A DNA stretch of 64,000 nucleotides from Escherichia coli (GTDB lineage Bacteria > Pseudomonadota > Gammaproteobacteria > Enterobacterales > Enterobacteriaceae): the NCBI RefSeq assembly GCF_003018235.1, contig NZ_CP027437.1; one strand, given 5' to 3'. The notes below the pieces were generated by a model, which was not told the origin of the DNA, searched no databases, and worked only from the letters and a program-made list of their open reading frames with translations. Shown here piece after piece: positions 15,029-28,292 of the stretch (positions are counted from its first letter, which is position 1; each line of letters begins with the position of its first letter). Position numbers and translations under genes: made by a program.

Positions 15029-15041
15029 GAGAAAAAATTAA

Positions 15042-15893
15042 ATGAGTAGTTTGTTGTTGTTTAACGATAAGAGCAGGGCGCTGCAGGCGGATATCGTCGC
15101 CGTGCAGTCGCAGGTGGTTTACGGCAGCGTGGGCAACAGCATTGCCGTGCCTGCTATCAAACAGAACGGCCTGAATGTCTTTGCCGTGCCGACGGTATTG
15201 CTGAGCAATACGCCGCATTATGACACTTTCTACGGTGGTGCGATTCCGGACGAATGGTTTAGCGGCTATTTGCGTGCGCTTCAGGAGCGTGATGCGCTGC
15301 GCCAACTTCGTGCTGTAACCACGGGCTATATGGGAACGGCATCGCAAATCAAAATCCTTGCCGAGTGGCTGACTGCGCTACGCAAAGACCATCCTGACCT
15401 ATTGATCATGGTCGATCCGGTGATTGGCGATATTGACAGCGGAATTTATGTCAAACCTGACCTTCCCGAGGCGTATCGACAATATTTACTGCCGCTGGCG
15501 CAGGGAATTACCCCCAATATCTTTGAGCTGGAAATCCTGACCGGTAAAAATTGCCGCGATCTCGACAGTGCCATTGCTGCCGCAAAAAGTCTGCTTTCAG
15601 ACACATTAAAATGGGTGGTGATTACCAGCGCCTCCGGTAATGAAGAAAATCAGGAGATGCAGGTGGTGGTGGTGAGTGCCGACAGCGTGAATGTCATTTC
15701 CCATTCACGGGTAAAAACCGACCTGAAAGGGACTGGCGACCTGTTTTGTGCTCAGCTTATCAGTGGTTTGCTGAAAGGGAAGGCGTTAAACGATGCGGTG
15801 CACCGTGCGGGGTTGCGCGTACTGGAAGTGATGCGCTACACCCAGCAGCATGAGAGCGATGAATTGATTTTGCCGCCGCTGGCGGAAGCATAA
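15042..15893 (+). CDS. pdxK: pyridoxal/pyridoxine/pyridoxamine kinase
   Basis: 283-aa ORF; ribokinase-like PdxK. Confidence 0.92.
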   Translation: MSSLLLFNDKSRALQADIVAVQSQVVYGSVGNSIAVPAIKQNGLNVFAVPTVLLSNTPHYDTFYGGAIPDEWFSGYLRALQERDALRQLRAVTTGYMGTASQIKILAEWLTALRKDHPDLLIMVDPVIGDIDSGIYVKPDLPEAYRQYLLPLAQGITPNIFELEILTGKNCRDLDSAIAAAKSLLSDTLKWVVITSASGNEENQEMQVVVVSADSVNVISHSRVKTDLKGTGDLFCAQLISGLLKGKALNDAVHRAGLRVLEVMRYTQQHESDELILPPLAEA

Positions 15894-15921
15894 AAAATGG
15901 CGCCGATGGGCGCCATTTTTC
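15892..15921. terminator. bidirectional intrinsic terminator between pdxK and crr
   Basis: A-run, hairpin AATGGCGCCGATGGGCGCCATT, T-run. Confidence 0.7.
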
Positions 15922-15934
15922 ACTGCGGCAAGAA

Positions 15935-16444
15935 TTACTTCTTGATGCGGATAACCGGGGTTTCACCCACGGTTACGCTACCGGACAGTTTGATCAGTTC
16001 TTTGATTTCGTCCATGTTGGAGATAACAACCGGAGTCAGGGTAGACTTGGCTTTCTCTTCCAGCAGCGGCAGATCAAATTCAATGACAGTATCGCCAACT
16101 TTCACGCGCTGACCTTCTTCAGCAATACGCTTGAAGCCTTCGCCTTTCAGTTCAACGGTGTCGATACCGAAGTGGACGAACAGTTCAACGCCGCTATCAG
16201 ATTCGATAGAGAACGCGTGGTTGGTTTCAAAGATTTTACCAATGGTGCCGTCTACAGGCGCGACCATTTTGTTTCCAGTTGGTTTGATAGCAATGCCATC
16301 ACCAACGATTTTTTCCGCAAAAACGACATCCGGCACGTCTTCGATATTGACGATCTCGCCAGAGAGCGGAGCAATGATCTCAATAGTTCCGGTATCCTTC
16401 TTGTCGTCGGAAACCAGAGATTTCAGTTTATCGAACAAACCCAT
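15935..16444 (-). CDS. crr: PTS glucose-specific EIIA component
   Basis: 169-aa [19 protein letters not shown]...; exact recall of Crr. Confidence 0.97.
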
Positions 16445-16484
16445 GATCTTCTCCTAAGCAGTAAATTGGGCCGCATCTCGTGGA

Positions 16485-18212
16485 TTAGCAGATTGTTTTT
16501 TCTTCAATGAACTTGTTAACCAGCGTCATTAACTCGTCCGTTGTCGGTTGAGCAAGAGCCTGCTCTGCTAACACCTTCGCATCTTCGAAGTTCGTGTTAC
16601 GGATAATCTTCTTAATGCGCGGGATAGAAATGGCGCTCATAGAGAATTCGTCCAGACCCATCCCCAGCAACAGAAGTGTAGCACGTTCGTCGCCTGCAAG
16701 CTCACCACACATGCCAGTCCATTTGCCTTCAGCATGAGAAGCATCAATAACTTGCTTGATCAAGTTCAGCACGGACGGTGACATTGGCTGGTAAAGGTGT
16801 GAAATCATATCATTACCACGGTCAACTGCCAGAGTGTACTGCGTTAAATCATTGGTGCCGATACTAAAGAAATCAACTTCTTTGGCTAAATGACGTGCAA
16901 TTGTTGCGGCAGCCGGTGTTTCCACCATTACGCCGATTTCAATTGACTCGTCAAACGCTTTACCTTCGTCGCGCAGTTCCTGTTTGTAGATTTCGATCTC
17001 TTTGCGCAGTGCACGTACTTCTTCAACAGAGATGATCATCGGGAACATAATGCGCAATTTACCGAAAGCCGAGGCACGCAGGATAGCGCGGAGCTGATCG
17101 CGCAGGATCTCTTTACGATCCATTGCGATACGGATAGCGCGCCAGCCGAGGAACGGGTTCTCTTCTTTCGGGAAGTTCATGTATGGCAGCTCTTTGTCGC
17201 CGCCGATGTCCATGGTACGAACGATAACCGCCTGCGAGCCACACGCTTCAGCCACTGCTTTGTAAGCAGCAAACTGTTCTTCTTCAGTGGGCAGCGCGTC
17301 GCGGTCCATGAACAGGAACTCAGTACGATACAGACCAACGCCTTCAGCGCCGTTACGCTCTGCACCTTCAACGTCACGAACCGTACCAATGTTAGCGCAC
17401 ACTTCTACCTGGTGACCGTCCAGCGTAATAGCTGGCAGATCTTTCAGTTTAGCAAGCTCTGCTTTTTCAGAAGCCACTTGCTCCTGAACAGCGCGCATTT
17501 TATCAATAACTTCGTTGGTTGGATTGACGTAAACCTGATTATTTACGGCATCCAGAATCAGATAGTCGTCATTTTTCACCTGAGAGGTGACGCTACCGGT
17601 ACCCACGATAGCAGGCAGTTCCAGAGAACGCGCCATGATAGAGGTGTGGGAAGTACGGCCACCCGCGTCGGTGATGAAACCCAGCACCTTCTTCAGGTTC
17701 AGCTGTGCAGTTTCGGACGGTGTCAGGTCAGCGGCAACCAGAATGACTTCATCCTGAATGGCGCTCAGGTCGATAATCTTCAGGCCCAGGATGTTGCGCA
17801 GCAGGCGCTTACCGATATCACGTACGTCAGCCGCACGTTCTTTCAGGTATTCATCATCCAGCTCTTCCAGGGCAGAAGCCTGACCTTCGATAACTTCATG
17901 AGCAGCTGCGTCAGCTGTCATGTGCTTATCTTTAATCAGGGCTATGATTTCCTGCTCCAGCTCCTCATCTTCGAGCAGCATAATATGCCCTTCAAAGATG
18001 GCTTCTTTTTCTTCACCGAACGTTTCACCAGCTTTCGTTTTGATCGTTTCCAGCTGGGCTGATGCCTTGGCACGACCGCTCAGAAAACGTTCAACTTCCT
18101 GATCAACCTGGTCGGCAGAAATTTTTTTCCGGTCAATGACAATTTCGTCTTCTTTCAGAAGCAGAGCTTTACCGAAAGCGATACCCGGGGATGCTAAAAT
18201 GCCTGAAATCAT
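16485..18212 (-). CDS. ptsI: PTS enzyme I (phosphoenolpyruvate-protein phosphotransferase)
   Basis: 575-aa [22 protein letters not shown]... Confidence 0.97.
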   Translation of the reverse strand: MISGILASPGIAFGKALLLKEDEIVIDRKKISADQVDQEVERFLSGRAKASAQLETIKTKAGETFGEEKEAIFEGHIMLLEDEELEQEIIALIKDKHMTADAAAHEVIEGQASALEELDDEYLKERAADVRDIGKRLLRNILGLKIIDLSAIQDEVILVAADLTPSETAQLNLKKVLGFITDAGGRTSHTSIMARSLELPAIVGTGSVTSQVKNDDYLILDAVNNQVYVNPTNEVIDKMRAVQEQVASEKAELAKLKDLPAITLDGHQVEVCANIGTVRDVEGAERNGAEGVGLYRTEFLFMDRDALPTEEEQFAAYKAVAEACGSQAVIVRTMDIGGDKELPYMNFPKEENPFLGWRAIRIAMDRKEILRDQLRAILRASAFGKLRIMFPMIISVEEVRALRKEIEIYKQELRDEGKAFDESIEIGVMVETPAAATIARHLAKEVDFFSIGTNDLTQYTLAVDRGNDMISHLYQPMSPSVLNLIKQVIDASHAEGKWTGMCGELAGDERATLLLLGMGLDEFSMSAISIPRIKKIIRNTNFEDAKVLAEQALAQPTTDELMTLVNKFIEEKTIC

Positions 18213-18256
18213 AACCCTACCTTACTTGTGACTGATTTTTAAAAGAACCCGGGAAA

Positions 18257-18514
18257 TTACTCGAGTTCCGCCATCAGTTTAACCAGATGTTCAACCGCTT
18301 TCTGCTCGTCTTCGCCTTCTGCGGAGATAGTCACAACGGTACCTTGAGTCAGGCCCAGAGTCTGCAGTTTAAACAGGCTTTTCGCGCTGGCGCTTTTGCC
18401 GTTGGAAGTCACAGTAATTTCAGAAGTGAAGCCCTTAGCTTCTTTTACAAACTGGGCAGCAGGGCGGGTGTGCAGACCGTTCGGAGCGGTAATGGTAACT
18501 TCTTGCTGGAACAT
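18257..18514 (-). CDS. ptsH: PTS phosphocarrier protein HPr
   Basis: 85-aa [32 protein letters not shown]... Confidence 0.97.
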
Positions 18515-18846
18515 TGTATTTCCCCAACTTATAGGTTTAGTGTTGTGGAACTAAAGTCTAGCCTGGCGGTTCGACTTTAGCCTGTATTGTTAGCGCCAGT
18601 TTTTAACAGACGCGACGCACGAAGAGCGCAATACAGTCCATTGCTGGCGGGTGTTGACCGCTGACGTTTCGTACGTCATTAAACATTATGCCGCTAAAGG
18701 AAGAATTGAACCAAATCATAAAATCGATTCAGCTTTGGCTTTTCCTGTAACGATTAATTTCGCGCATCAAAATAATTAGTCTGGTTAAATACCAGTTCCG
18801 ACAGGCTGAATCAATGCCAGGAGGGGCGAAAGTTTGAAGCAGGCCA

Positions 18847-18875
18847 CAAAAAAGCACCTGAAAAGGTGCTTTTTT
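18847..18875 (-). terminator. intrinsic terminator downstream of cysK
   Basis: Hairpin AGCACCTGAAAAGGTGCT flanked by A and T runs. Confidence 0.65.
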
Positions 18876-18897
18876 ACGCATTTTTAACAAGCTGGCA

Positions 18898-19869
18898 TTA
18901 CTGTTGCAATTCTTTCTCAGTGAAGAGATCGGCAAACAATGCGGTGCTTAAATAACGCTCACCCGATGACGGTAGAATAACCACAATATTCTTGTTGGTA
19001 AAGCTTTCATCTTCTTGTAGTTTCAACGCCGCGGCAACAGCTGCTCCAGAAGAGATACCTGCAAGAATACCTTCTTCTTCCATCAGACGACGGGCGGTAG
19101 AAATGGCTTCTTCATTGGTGATGCCAATGACTTTATCGACCAGCTTGAGATCGAGGTTAGCCGGGATAAAACCTGCGCCAATACCCTGAATTTTATGCGG
19201 GCCAGGTTTAATCTCTTCACCAGCCAGTGCCTGGGCGATAACTGGAGAATCGGTTGGCTCAACGGCGACAGAGATAAGATCGGTCTTGCCTTTGGTGCCT
19301 TTAATGTAGCGGCTGACGCCGGTCAGCGTACCGCCAGTGCCAACGCCAGCAATAAATACATCAACCTGACCGTCGGTATCTTCCCAGATCTCCGGACCGG
19401 TGGTTTTTTCGTGGATTTCAGGGTTTGCCGGATTGCTGAATTGTTGCAGCAGCAGGTATTTCTCTGGATTGCTGGCGACAATTTCTTCTGCTTTTTGGAT
19501 TGCGCCTTTCATGCCTTTAGCACCTTCGGTCAGCACCAGGTTTGCACCTAACGCTTTCAGCAGCTTGCGGCGTTCAATACTCATGGTTTCTGGCATGGTC
19601 AGGGTAAGTTTGTAACCGCGAGCGGCAGCGACATAGGCCAGTGCAATCCCGGTATTACCGCTGGTTGGTTCAACCAGTTCAACGCCTGGTTTCAGCACGC
19701 CGCGCTTTTCGGCATCCCAAATCATGTTAGCACCGATACGGCACTTAACGCTGAAGCTGGGGTTACGAGATTCCACCTTCGCCAGAATGCGTCCGTTACC
19801 GATGCGATTCAGGCGAACCAGCGGCGTGTGACCGATAGTCAGCGAGTTATCTTCAAAAATCTTACTCAT
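18898..19869 (-). CDS. cysK: cysteine synthase A (O-acetylserine sulfhydrylase A)
   Basis: 323-aa [45 protein letters not shown]... Confidence 0.97.
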   Translation of the reverse strand: MSKIFEDNSLTIGHTPLVRLNRIGNGRILAKVESRNPSFSVKCRIGANMIWDAEKRGVLKPGVELVEPTSGNTGIALAYVAAARGYKLTLTMPETMSIERRKLLKALGANLVLTEGAKGMKGAIQKAEEIVASNPEKYLLLQQFSNPANPEIHEKTTGPEIWEDTDGQVDVFIAGVGTGGTLTGVSRYIKGTKGKTDLISVAVEPTDSPVIAQALAGEEIKPGPHKIQGIGAGFIPANLDLKLVDKVIGITNEEAISTARRLMEEEGILAGISSGAAVAAALKLQEDESFTNKNIVVILPSSGERYLSTALFADLFTEKELQQ

Positions 19870-20053
19870 GGCCTGTCCTTAACTGTATGAAATTGGGATA
19901 CAACAGGTAGCATACCCGCTCAGAGAATATGCGGAAGTAAGGATTTAGCATATCTATATGCAGAAGGGAAATAATGACATGCAAGATGGAATAAGGGGCG
20001 GCATAAGCCACCCCTGTTTCACACAAGCGGTTTACAAAATAACCGGTAGATTG

Positions 20054-20815
20054 TTACCGCCACATCGCGTGTTTATCGCGATAGCAATCGACCCACATCG
20101 CCGTCGCACCACAAACGGCAACGGGCATGATGAACAGATTAAGCAGCGGGATCATCGTAAACAGGCTGGTTAAAGCACCAAACTGCATATTGGTGATTTT
20201 GCGTGTGCGCAGGGCGGTGCGCATCTCTTTAAACGGCACTTTGTGGTTATCGAAGGGGTAATCGCAATACTGGATGGCTAACATCCAGGCGCTAAACAGG
20301 AACCACAGTACCGGCGCGACGGTTTGCCCAATACCAGGGATGAAGTAAAGAATTAGTAATACAATTGCGCGCGGCAGATACCAGGCAAATTTTTGCCATT
20401 CGCGTTTCATGATTCGCGGCACATCTTTCATGATACCGAAAATCCCGGTATCTGGCGGTGTAGCGCCAGTCAATCGTGCTTCCAGTTGTTCAGCCAATAA
20501 ACCATTGAACGGAGCGGCAATCCAGTTAGCAATCGTTGAGAAGAAATAGCCAAACACTAACAGCACAGAGATGACAGCCAGAGGCCACAACAGATAGCTC
20601 AGCCATTGTAACCAGTCCGGAACATAACTCATGAGAGTCGGGATCCAGACATCGAGTTGCGTAAAGAGCCACCAGAATGCGCCCCCCATCAACAAAATAT
20701 TGACCAGCAGCGGTAAAATAACGAAACGCCGAATCCCAGGTTGCGAGACGAGCTTCCAGCCTTGCGCAAAATAGTAAAAACCGCTGCGTGGGGCAGATGT
20801 GAATGATGAAACCAT
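20054..20815 (-). CDS. cysZ: sulfate transporter CysZ
   Basis: 253-aa polytopic membrane ORF adjacent to cysK. Confidence 0.9.
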
Positions 20816-21044
20816 AATCAGGATGAGCTCCTTTTGACCAATCCCAGGAAAATTCTGCGTATTTTACCGGGTAATTGCGCAATGGACAGTTAGGATATGT
20901 TCGAAAAAACAGCAAAAAGCACGATTTCATCTATCTTTGTGCTGTGAAAGTTAATAGTGCACTTGCACTTGAGGTAATCGGCAAATACTCTTAGTGAGTA
21001 AATGTTTGCCGTGGTGGCAAGGTGTTAGAACAACAGAGAATATA

Positions 21045-22031
21045 ATGATGCAGGATTTGCGTCTGATATTAATCATTGTTGGCGCGATCGCCATAATCGC
21101 TTTACTGGTACATGGTTTCTGGACCAGCCGTAAAGAACGATCTTCTATGTTCCGCGATCGGCCATTAAAACGAATGAAGTCAAAACGTGACGACGATTCT
21201 TATGACGAGGATGTCGAAGATGATGAGGGCGTTGGTGAGGTTCGTGTTCACCGCGTGAATCATGCCCCGGCTAACGCCCAGGAGCATGAGGCTGCTCGTC
21301 CGTCGCCGCAACACCAGTACCAACCGCCTTATGCGTCTGCCCAGCCGCGTCAACCGGTCCAGCAGCCGCCTGAAGCGCAGGTACCGCCGCAACATGCTCC
21401 GCGTCCAGCGCAGCCGGTGCAGCAACCTGCCTATCAGCCGCAGCCTGAACAGCCGTTGCAGCAGCCAGTTTCGCCACAGGTCGCATCAGCGCCGCAGCCA
21501 GTGCATTCAGCACCGCAACCGGCACAACAGGCTTTCCAGCCTGCAGAGCCTGTAGCGGCACCACAGCCTGAGCCTGTAGCGGAACCGGCTCCAGTTATGG
21601 ATAAACCGAAGCGCAAAGAAGCGGTGATTATCATGAACGTCGCGGCGCATCACGGTAGCGAGCTAAACGGTGAACTGCTTCTTAACAGCATTCAACAAGC
21701 GGGCTTCATTTTTGGCGATATGAATATTTACCATCGTCATCTTAGCCCGGATGGCAGCGGCCCGGCGTTATTCAGCCTGGCGAATATGGTGAAACCGGGA
21801 ACCTTTGATCCTGAAATGAAGGATTTCACTACTCCGGGTGTCACTATCTTTATGCAGGTACTGTCTTACGGTGACGAGCTGCAGAACTTCAAGCTGATGC
21901 TGCAATCTGCGCAGCATATTGCCGATGAAGTGGGCGGTGTAGTGCTTGACGATCAGCGCCGTATGATGACTCCGCAGAAATTGCGCGAGTACCAGGACAT
22001 CATCCGCGAAGTCAAAGACGCCAACGCCTGA
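21045..22031 (+). CDS. zipA: cell division protein ZipA (N-terminal TM, P/Q-rich linker, FtsZ-binding domain)
   Basis: ORF track 20994..22031; ATG at 21045 gives 328 aa starting [21 protein letters not shown]. Confidence 0.93.
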   Translation: MMQDLRLILIIVGAIAIIALLVHGFWTSRKERSSMFRDRPLKRMKSKRDDDSYDEDVEDDEGVGEVRVHRVNHAPANAQEHEAARPSPQHQYQPPYASAQPRQPVQQPPEAQVPPQHAPRPAQPVQQPAYQPQPEQPLQQPVSPQVASAPQPVHSAPQPAQQAFQPAEPVAAPQPEPVAEPAPVMDKPKRKEAVIIMNVAAHHGSELNGELLLNSIQQAGFIFGDMNIYHRHLSPDGSGPALFSLANMVKPGTFDPEMKDFTTPGVTIFMQVLSYGDELQNFKLMLQSAQHIADEVGGVVLDDQRRMMTPQKLREYQDIIREVKDANA

Positions 22032-22062
22032 TACACTTAAGGCAAATTAACTCCTCTTCGAA

Positions 22063-22084
22063 CCCCCGCTTGTCGGGGGTTTTT
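22063..22084 (+). terminator. hairpin plus T-run between zipA and ligA
   Basis: CCCCCGCTTGTCGGGGGTTTTT. Confidence 0.55.
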
Positions 22085-22092
22085 AGCATTGA

Positions 22093-24117
<2,025 letters not shown>

Positions 24118-24119
24118 AG

Positions 24120-24338
24120 ATGGAAAAAGAGCAGCTGATTGAAATAGCCAATACGATAATGCCGTTTGGCAAATACAAAGGGCGTCGCTTAATCGACCTA
24201 CCGGAGGAGTATCTGCTGTGGTTTGCCCGCAAAGATGAGTTCCCGGCAGGGAAGCTCGGTGAGCTAATGCAAATCACGCTGCTGATTAAAACCGAGGGGC
24301 TGACGCAACTGGTCCAGCCCCTGAAGCGTCCGCTTTAA
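24120..24338 (+). CDS. ypeB: DUF3820-family small protein YpeB
   Basis: 72-aa ORF 2 bp after ligA. Confidence 0.8.
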   Translation: MEKEQLIEIANTIMPFGKYKGRRLIDLPEEYLLWFARKDEFPAGKLGELMQITLLIKTEGLTQLVQPLKRPL

Positions 24339-25333
24339 GCTTTATCGGCGATGCTTTCCTGCTGCGCCTGTAACTGTTCGGTCTGGCGTTTGTATCGACG
24401 CGCCAGCACCGCACAGACCATCAATTGGATCTGATGGAAAATCATCAGAGGCAGCACCATCATACCGATCACCGATGTGGGGAACAGAATGTTTGCCATC
24501 GGGATGCCATTTGCCAGACTCTTTTTCGAACCACAAAAGACGATAGTAATTTCATCTGCTTTATTGAAGCCTAGTCGGCGTGCCATAAAGACGTTAACTA
24601 CAATCACGATAGCCAGAAGAACGCAGCTGACCACCACGATAAACAGCAATGATCCCCAGCCAACTTTATGCCAGATACCATTAACAACGGCTTCGCTGAA
24701 CGCTGTATAAACCACCAACAGAATGGACGTCTGGTCAGTTTTCGCAATCCATTTTTTATTGCGCGACACCCAGTCACCAATCCACGGCCGGGAAAGATGC
24801 CCCAACACAAACGGCAGCAGCAGTTGCAGCATAATTTTACCGACCTGCTCAAGGCTGCCCCCTGCACCGTGAACATTCATCACCAGACCAACCAGCAATG
24901 GTGAAAGGAAAATACCCAGCAGGCTCGATGCTGATGCAGAACAAACCGCCGCCGCAACGTTACCGCCCGCCATTGACGTGAAGGCGATTGCAGACTGCAC
25001 GGTAGCGGGGAGAATGCACAAGTAGAGAAAACCGGAGTAGAGCATCGGGTCGACATTTACCGGTTTCCACCAGGCAAACAGCACGCCCAGAATCGGAAAC
25101 AATACGAAGGTGCTGCACATTACCCACAAATGCAGTCGCCAGTGCCCACCGCCAGCAATAATCGCCTCACGCGACAACTTCGCGCCGTGCATAAAAAACA
25201 GCAGGGCAATCGCTGCGGTGGTCAGATTTTCAAAGAAGGGGACGAAATCGCCTCTGGCCGGAAAGAAAGAGGCCAGCAACACCACCGTGATCAGGGTTAA
25301 GGTGAAAGGATCGAGGATACGAAAAAGTTTCAT
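24335..25333 (-). CDS. yfeH: bile acid:sodium symporter-family membrane protein
   Basis: 332-aa polytopic ORF; stop overlaps ypeB stop. Confidence 0.85.
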   Translation of the reverse strand: MKLFRILDPFTLTLITVVLLASFFPARGDFVPFFENLTTAAIALLFFMHGAKLSREAIIAGGGHWRLHLWVMCSTFVLFPILGVLFAWWKPVNVDPMLYSGFLYLCILPATVQSAIAFTSMAGGNVAAAVCSASASSLLGIFLSPLLVGLVMNVHGAGGSLEQVGKIMLQLLLPFVLGHLSRPWIGDWVSRNKKWIAKTDQTSILLVVYTAFSEAVVNGIWHKVGWGSLLFIVVVSCVLLAIVIVVNVFMARRLGFNKADEITIVFCGSKKSLANGIPMANILFPTSVIGMMVLPLMIFHQIQLMVCAVLARRYKRQTEQLQAQQESIADKA

Positions 25334-25422
25334 AAAGACTCCAGATGATCGATGGTTCTATTGTGCTTCTTCCAGTTTGAGAAATAAAATTGATTTATTG
25401 CATCCATTCATGAAGAAAACAG

Positions 25423-26349
25423 ATGAATTATTCTTTAAAACAATTAAAGGTTTTCGTCACAGTAGCGCAGGAGAAAAGTTTTAGTCGTGCAGGAGAGCGT
25501 ATCGGCCTGAGCCAGTCGGCAGTGAGTCACAGTGTGAAGGAGCTGGAAAATCATACTGGTGTTCGCCTGCTGGACAGAACCACGCGTGAAGTGGTGCTTA
25601 CAGATGCAGGGCAGCAGTTGGCTTTGCGTCTTGAGCGACTGCTGGATGAACTTAACAGCACGTTGCGCGATACCGGGCGTATGGGGCAACAACTGAGCGG
25701 AAAAGTTCGGGTCGCTGCCAGCCAGACCATTTCCGCGCATCTTATTCCGCAATGCATTGCTGAAAGCCATCGCCGCTATCCAGATATTCAGTTTGTCCTG
25801 CACGATCGTCCGCAGCAGTGGGTGATGGAAAGTATTCGCCAGGGAGATGTCGATTTTGGCATCGTCATCGATCCAGGCCCAGTGAGCGATCTGCAATGTG
25901 AAGCGATTCTTTCCGAGCCTTTCTTCTTGCTTTGCCATCGCGATAGCGCTTTGGCCGCGGAAGATTATGTACCCTGGCAGGCATTACAGGGAGCGAAATT
26001 GGTGTTGCAGGATTACGCGTCAGGCAGCCGACCGCTGATTGACGCAGCGCTGGCGCGCAATGGTATTCAGGCGAATATTGTGCAGGAGATTGGTCATCCG
26101 GCGACGCTGTTCCCGATGGTAGCCGCAGGCATCGGCATCAGTATTCTTCCCGCACTGGCGCTACCATTGCCTGAAGGTAGCCCACTGATGGTAAAGCGCA
26201 TTACGCCGGTGGTGGAACGCCAGTTGATGCTGGTGCGCAGAAAGAACCGTTCACTTTCCACCGCCGCACAAGCGTTATGGGACGTGGTACGAGGCCAGGG
26301 CCGTGCGCTAATGGCTGGGCGGGAAGGGGAGCCGCTGTATCAGATATAG
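25423..26349 (+). CDS. yfeR: LysR-family transcriptional regulator
   Basis: 308-aa ORF with N-terminal HTH; divergent from yfeH. Confidence 0.85.
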   Translation: MNYSLKQLKVFVTVAQEKSFSRAGERIGLSQSAVSHSVKELENHTGVRLLDRTTREVVLTDAGQQLALRLERLLDELNSTLRDTGRMGQQLSGKVRVAASQTISAHLIPQCIAESHRRYPDIQFVLHDRPQQWVMESIRQGDVDFGIVIDPGPVSDLQCEAILSEPFFLLCHRDSALAAEDYVPWQALQGAKLVLQDYASGSRPLIDAALARNGIQANIVQEIGHPATLFPMVAAGIGISILPALALPLPEGSPLMVKRITPVVERQLMLVRRKNRSLSTAAQALWDVVRGQGRALMAGREGEPLYQI

Positions 26350-26357
26350 AGCTATTC

Positions 26358-26380
26358 ATACTGCCGGGAGCCCCGGCAGT
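26358..26380. terminator. GC hairpin between convergent yfeR and yfeN (no clear U-tract)
   Basis: CTGCCGGGAGCCCCGGCAG. Confidence 0.35.
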
Positions 26381-26386
26381 AATCAA

Positions 26387-27151
26387 TCAGAAATTAAATT
26401 TGATGGAGTAGATTATTGCATCCTGGTAAAAATCTTCGCCCAGTTTGTCATCCGCATAACGATACTGAATCCCTGTGGTGATGTGTGAAGTTGCATTCCA
26501 CCAAAGTGCGACGGCACCGTTCAGACCTTCTTTGCCGCCATTACCTGCCGCGTAGGTGGCATCACGATCAAACTCGTACTCGTTCCAGTTGGTGAGGGTG
26601 AATTTCTCATTGCCCAGCATAAAGCTGTAACCTGCAACCCAACCGGCTACATAGCCGTTGTCGCCAGTGTAATAGGTTTGATCTGTATAACGCTTAGCAA
26701 AGAACGGTTTGAACCACCAACCGCTGCCGGTGAAATTGTAGCCGATCCCGTAAAGGAACATATCGTCATGGAAATTCACACGATTCGCAGAACCGTAGGT
26801 GCCATACGCATGCAAGTAGAGATTAAATCCGGTGTCACCCAGGTAAATACGGTTGGTATTTTTAAATGTATAACGCTGCTCGCTACCCGGTTTATCATGA
26901 CGATCATTATAAAAGTTTTCCCAGTCGAAGAACCCGTACATTTCTCCCCAACTAAAGTTAGCGCCGCCTTCCAGTTCCAGATATCCAAAATCATCTTTGT
27001 GTGATTTGGTCGACGATTTCTCAGTGGTTCTGCTAGTCCAGTCAAGATAATGAATACCTATATCAGCAAAACCGCCTTTAAATTCTGCATGGGATACTGC
27101 TGGTATCGCCAATACAGAAGAGAGTGTCAGAGTAAAAAGATGTTTTTTCAT
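26387..27151 (-). CDS. yfeN: outer-membrane beta-barrel protein YfeN
   Basis: 254-aa ORF with signal peptide, aromatic-rich, C-terminal F. Confidence 0.85.
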   Translation of the reverse strand: MKKHLFTLTLSSVLAIPAVSHAEFKGGFADIGIHYLDWTSRTTEKSSTKSHKDDFGYLELEGGANFSWGEMYGFFDWENFYNDRHDKPGSEQRYTFKNTNRIYLGDTGFNLYLHAYGTYGSANRVNFHDDMFLYGIGYNFTGSGWWFKPFFAKRYTDQTYYTGDNGYVAGWVAGYSFMLGNEKFTLTNWNEYEFDRDATYAAGNGGKEGLNGAVALWWNATSHITTGIQYRYADDKLGEDFYQDAIIYSIKFNF

Positions 27152-27399
27152 AGCATAATTCCCTATGCCGATCGTTATTAGTTGATTGCTTAATAAAAAG
27201 GTTGATTAAAAGCGGCATATTGTTAATGCAAGGGAAAGGAGAGTACCAATACAGTTTTTTCAGCCTATTAATAGTGAAAAAATATAAATATATCGATATC
27301 GAATAACTATCGGATACAAGAAAAAAGTGTATTGGTATGAGGTAGGGCAATCTCGTTATAAAAAGGCGTTAGATTCCACCCTACAAAAAAAGGATATAT

Positions 27400-28233
27400 A
27401 TGTCTCAGGCTCAGTTTTCTCATAACCCACTGTATTGCGTAGATATTATCAAGACTTATAAACCTGATTTCACGCCACGAGTGGCCTTTATTTTAGGTTC
27501 CGGGCTGGGCGCGCTGGCCGATCAGATTGAGAACGCGGTCGCAATTTCCTACGAAAAGCTGCCTGGGTTCCCGGTAAGTACCGTACACGGTCATGCGGGT
27601 GAGCTGGTGCTGGGTTATCTTCAGGGGGTGCCAGTGGCGTGCATGAAAGGTCGCGGACATTTCTACGAAGGTCGTGGGATGACCATCATGATGGATGCAA
27701 TCCGTACCTTTAAGTTGCTGGGCTGCGAGTTGCTGTTCTGCACCAATGCGGCTGGCTCACTGCGTCCTGAAGTGGGGGCCGGCAGTCTGGTCGCATTGAA
27801 AGATCACATCAACACCATGCCGGGAACGCCGATGGTGGGTCTTAATGATGAACGTCTTGGTGAGCGCTTCTTCTCGCTGGCGAATGCCTACGATGCGGAA
27901 TACCGCGCACTGTTACAAAAAGTGGCGAAAGAAGAGGGGTTCCCTCTGACGGAGGGCGTGTTCGTCTCGTATCCGGGTCCGAATTTCGAGACTGCGGCGG
28001 AAATTCGCATGATGCAAATTATTGGTGGGGATGTTGTTGGTATGTCTGTGGTGCCTGAGGTTATTTCTGCTCGCCATTGCGAACTTAAAGTCGTTGCGGT
28101 CTCTGCGATTACCAACATGGCGGAAGGTTTAAGCGATGTGAAATTGTCACATGCGCAAACGCTGGCGGCTGCGGAGCTCTCTAAGCAGAACTTCATCAAC
28201 CTTATTTGTGGCTTTCTGCGCAAAATTGCCTGA
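27400..28233 (+). CDS. xapA: xanthosine phosphorylase (PNP family)
   Basis: 277-aa ORF MSQAQFSHNPLYCVDIIKTYKPDF... Confidence 0.93.
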   Translation: MSQAQFSHNPLYCVDIIKTYKPDFTPRVAFILGSGLGALADQIENAVAISYEKLPGFPVSTVHGHAGELVLGYLQGVPVACMKGRGHFYEGRGMTIMMDAIRTFKLLGCELLFCTNAAGSLRPEVGAGSLVALKDHINTMPGTPMVGLNDERLGERFFSLANAYDAEYRALLQKVAKEEGFPLTEGVFVSYPGPNFETAAEIRMMQIIGGDVVGMSVVPEVISARHCELKVVAVSAITNMAEGLSDVKLSHAQTLAAAELSKQNFINLICGFLRKIA

Positions 28234-28292
28234 GAAAAACAATAAGAAACGGCCTCGCGGGTGAGGCCAAATGATGCGACAAGGAAACGATT

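Noticed and set aside
18515-18846. Possible CRP/Mlc operators in the ptsH promoter region and CysB sites upstream of cysP (9540-9709)
   Set aside because: AT-rich motifs such as AATTTCGCGCATCAAAATAATT are visible, but I cannot place them with confidence against consensus sequences without a matrix scan.
21180-21634. Several overlapping ORFs on both strands within zipA
   Set aside because: Products of low-complexity P/Q-rich coding sequence; zipA itself reads through cleanly.
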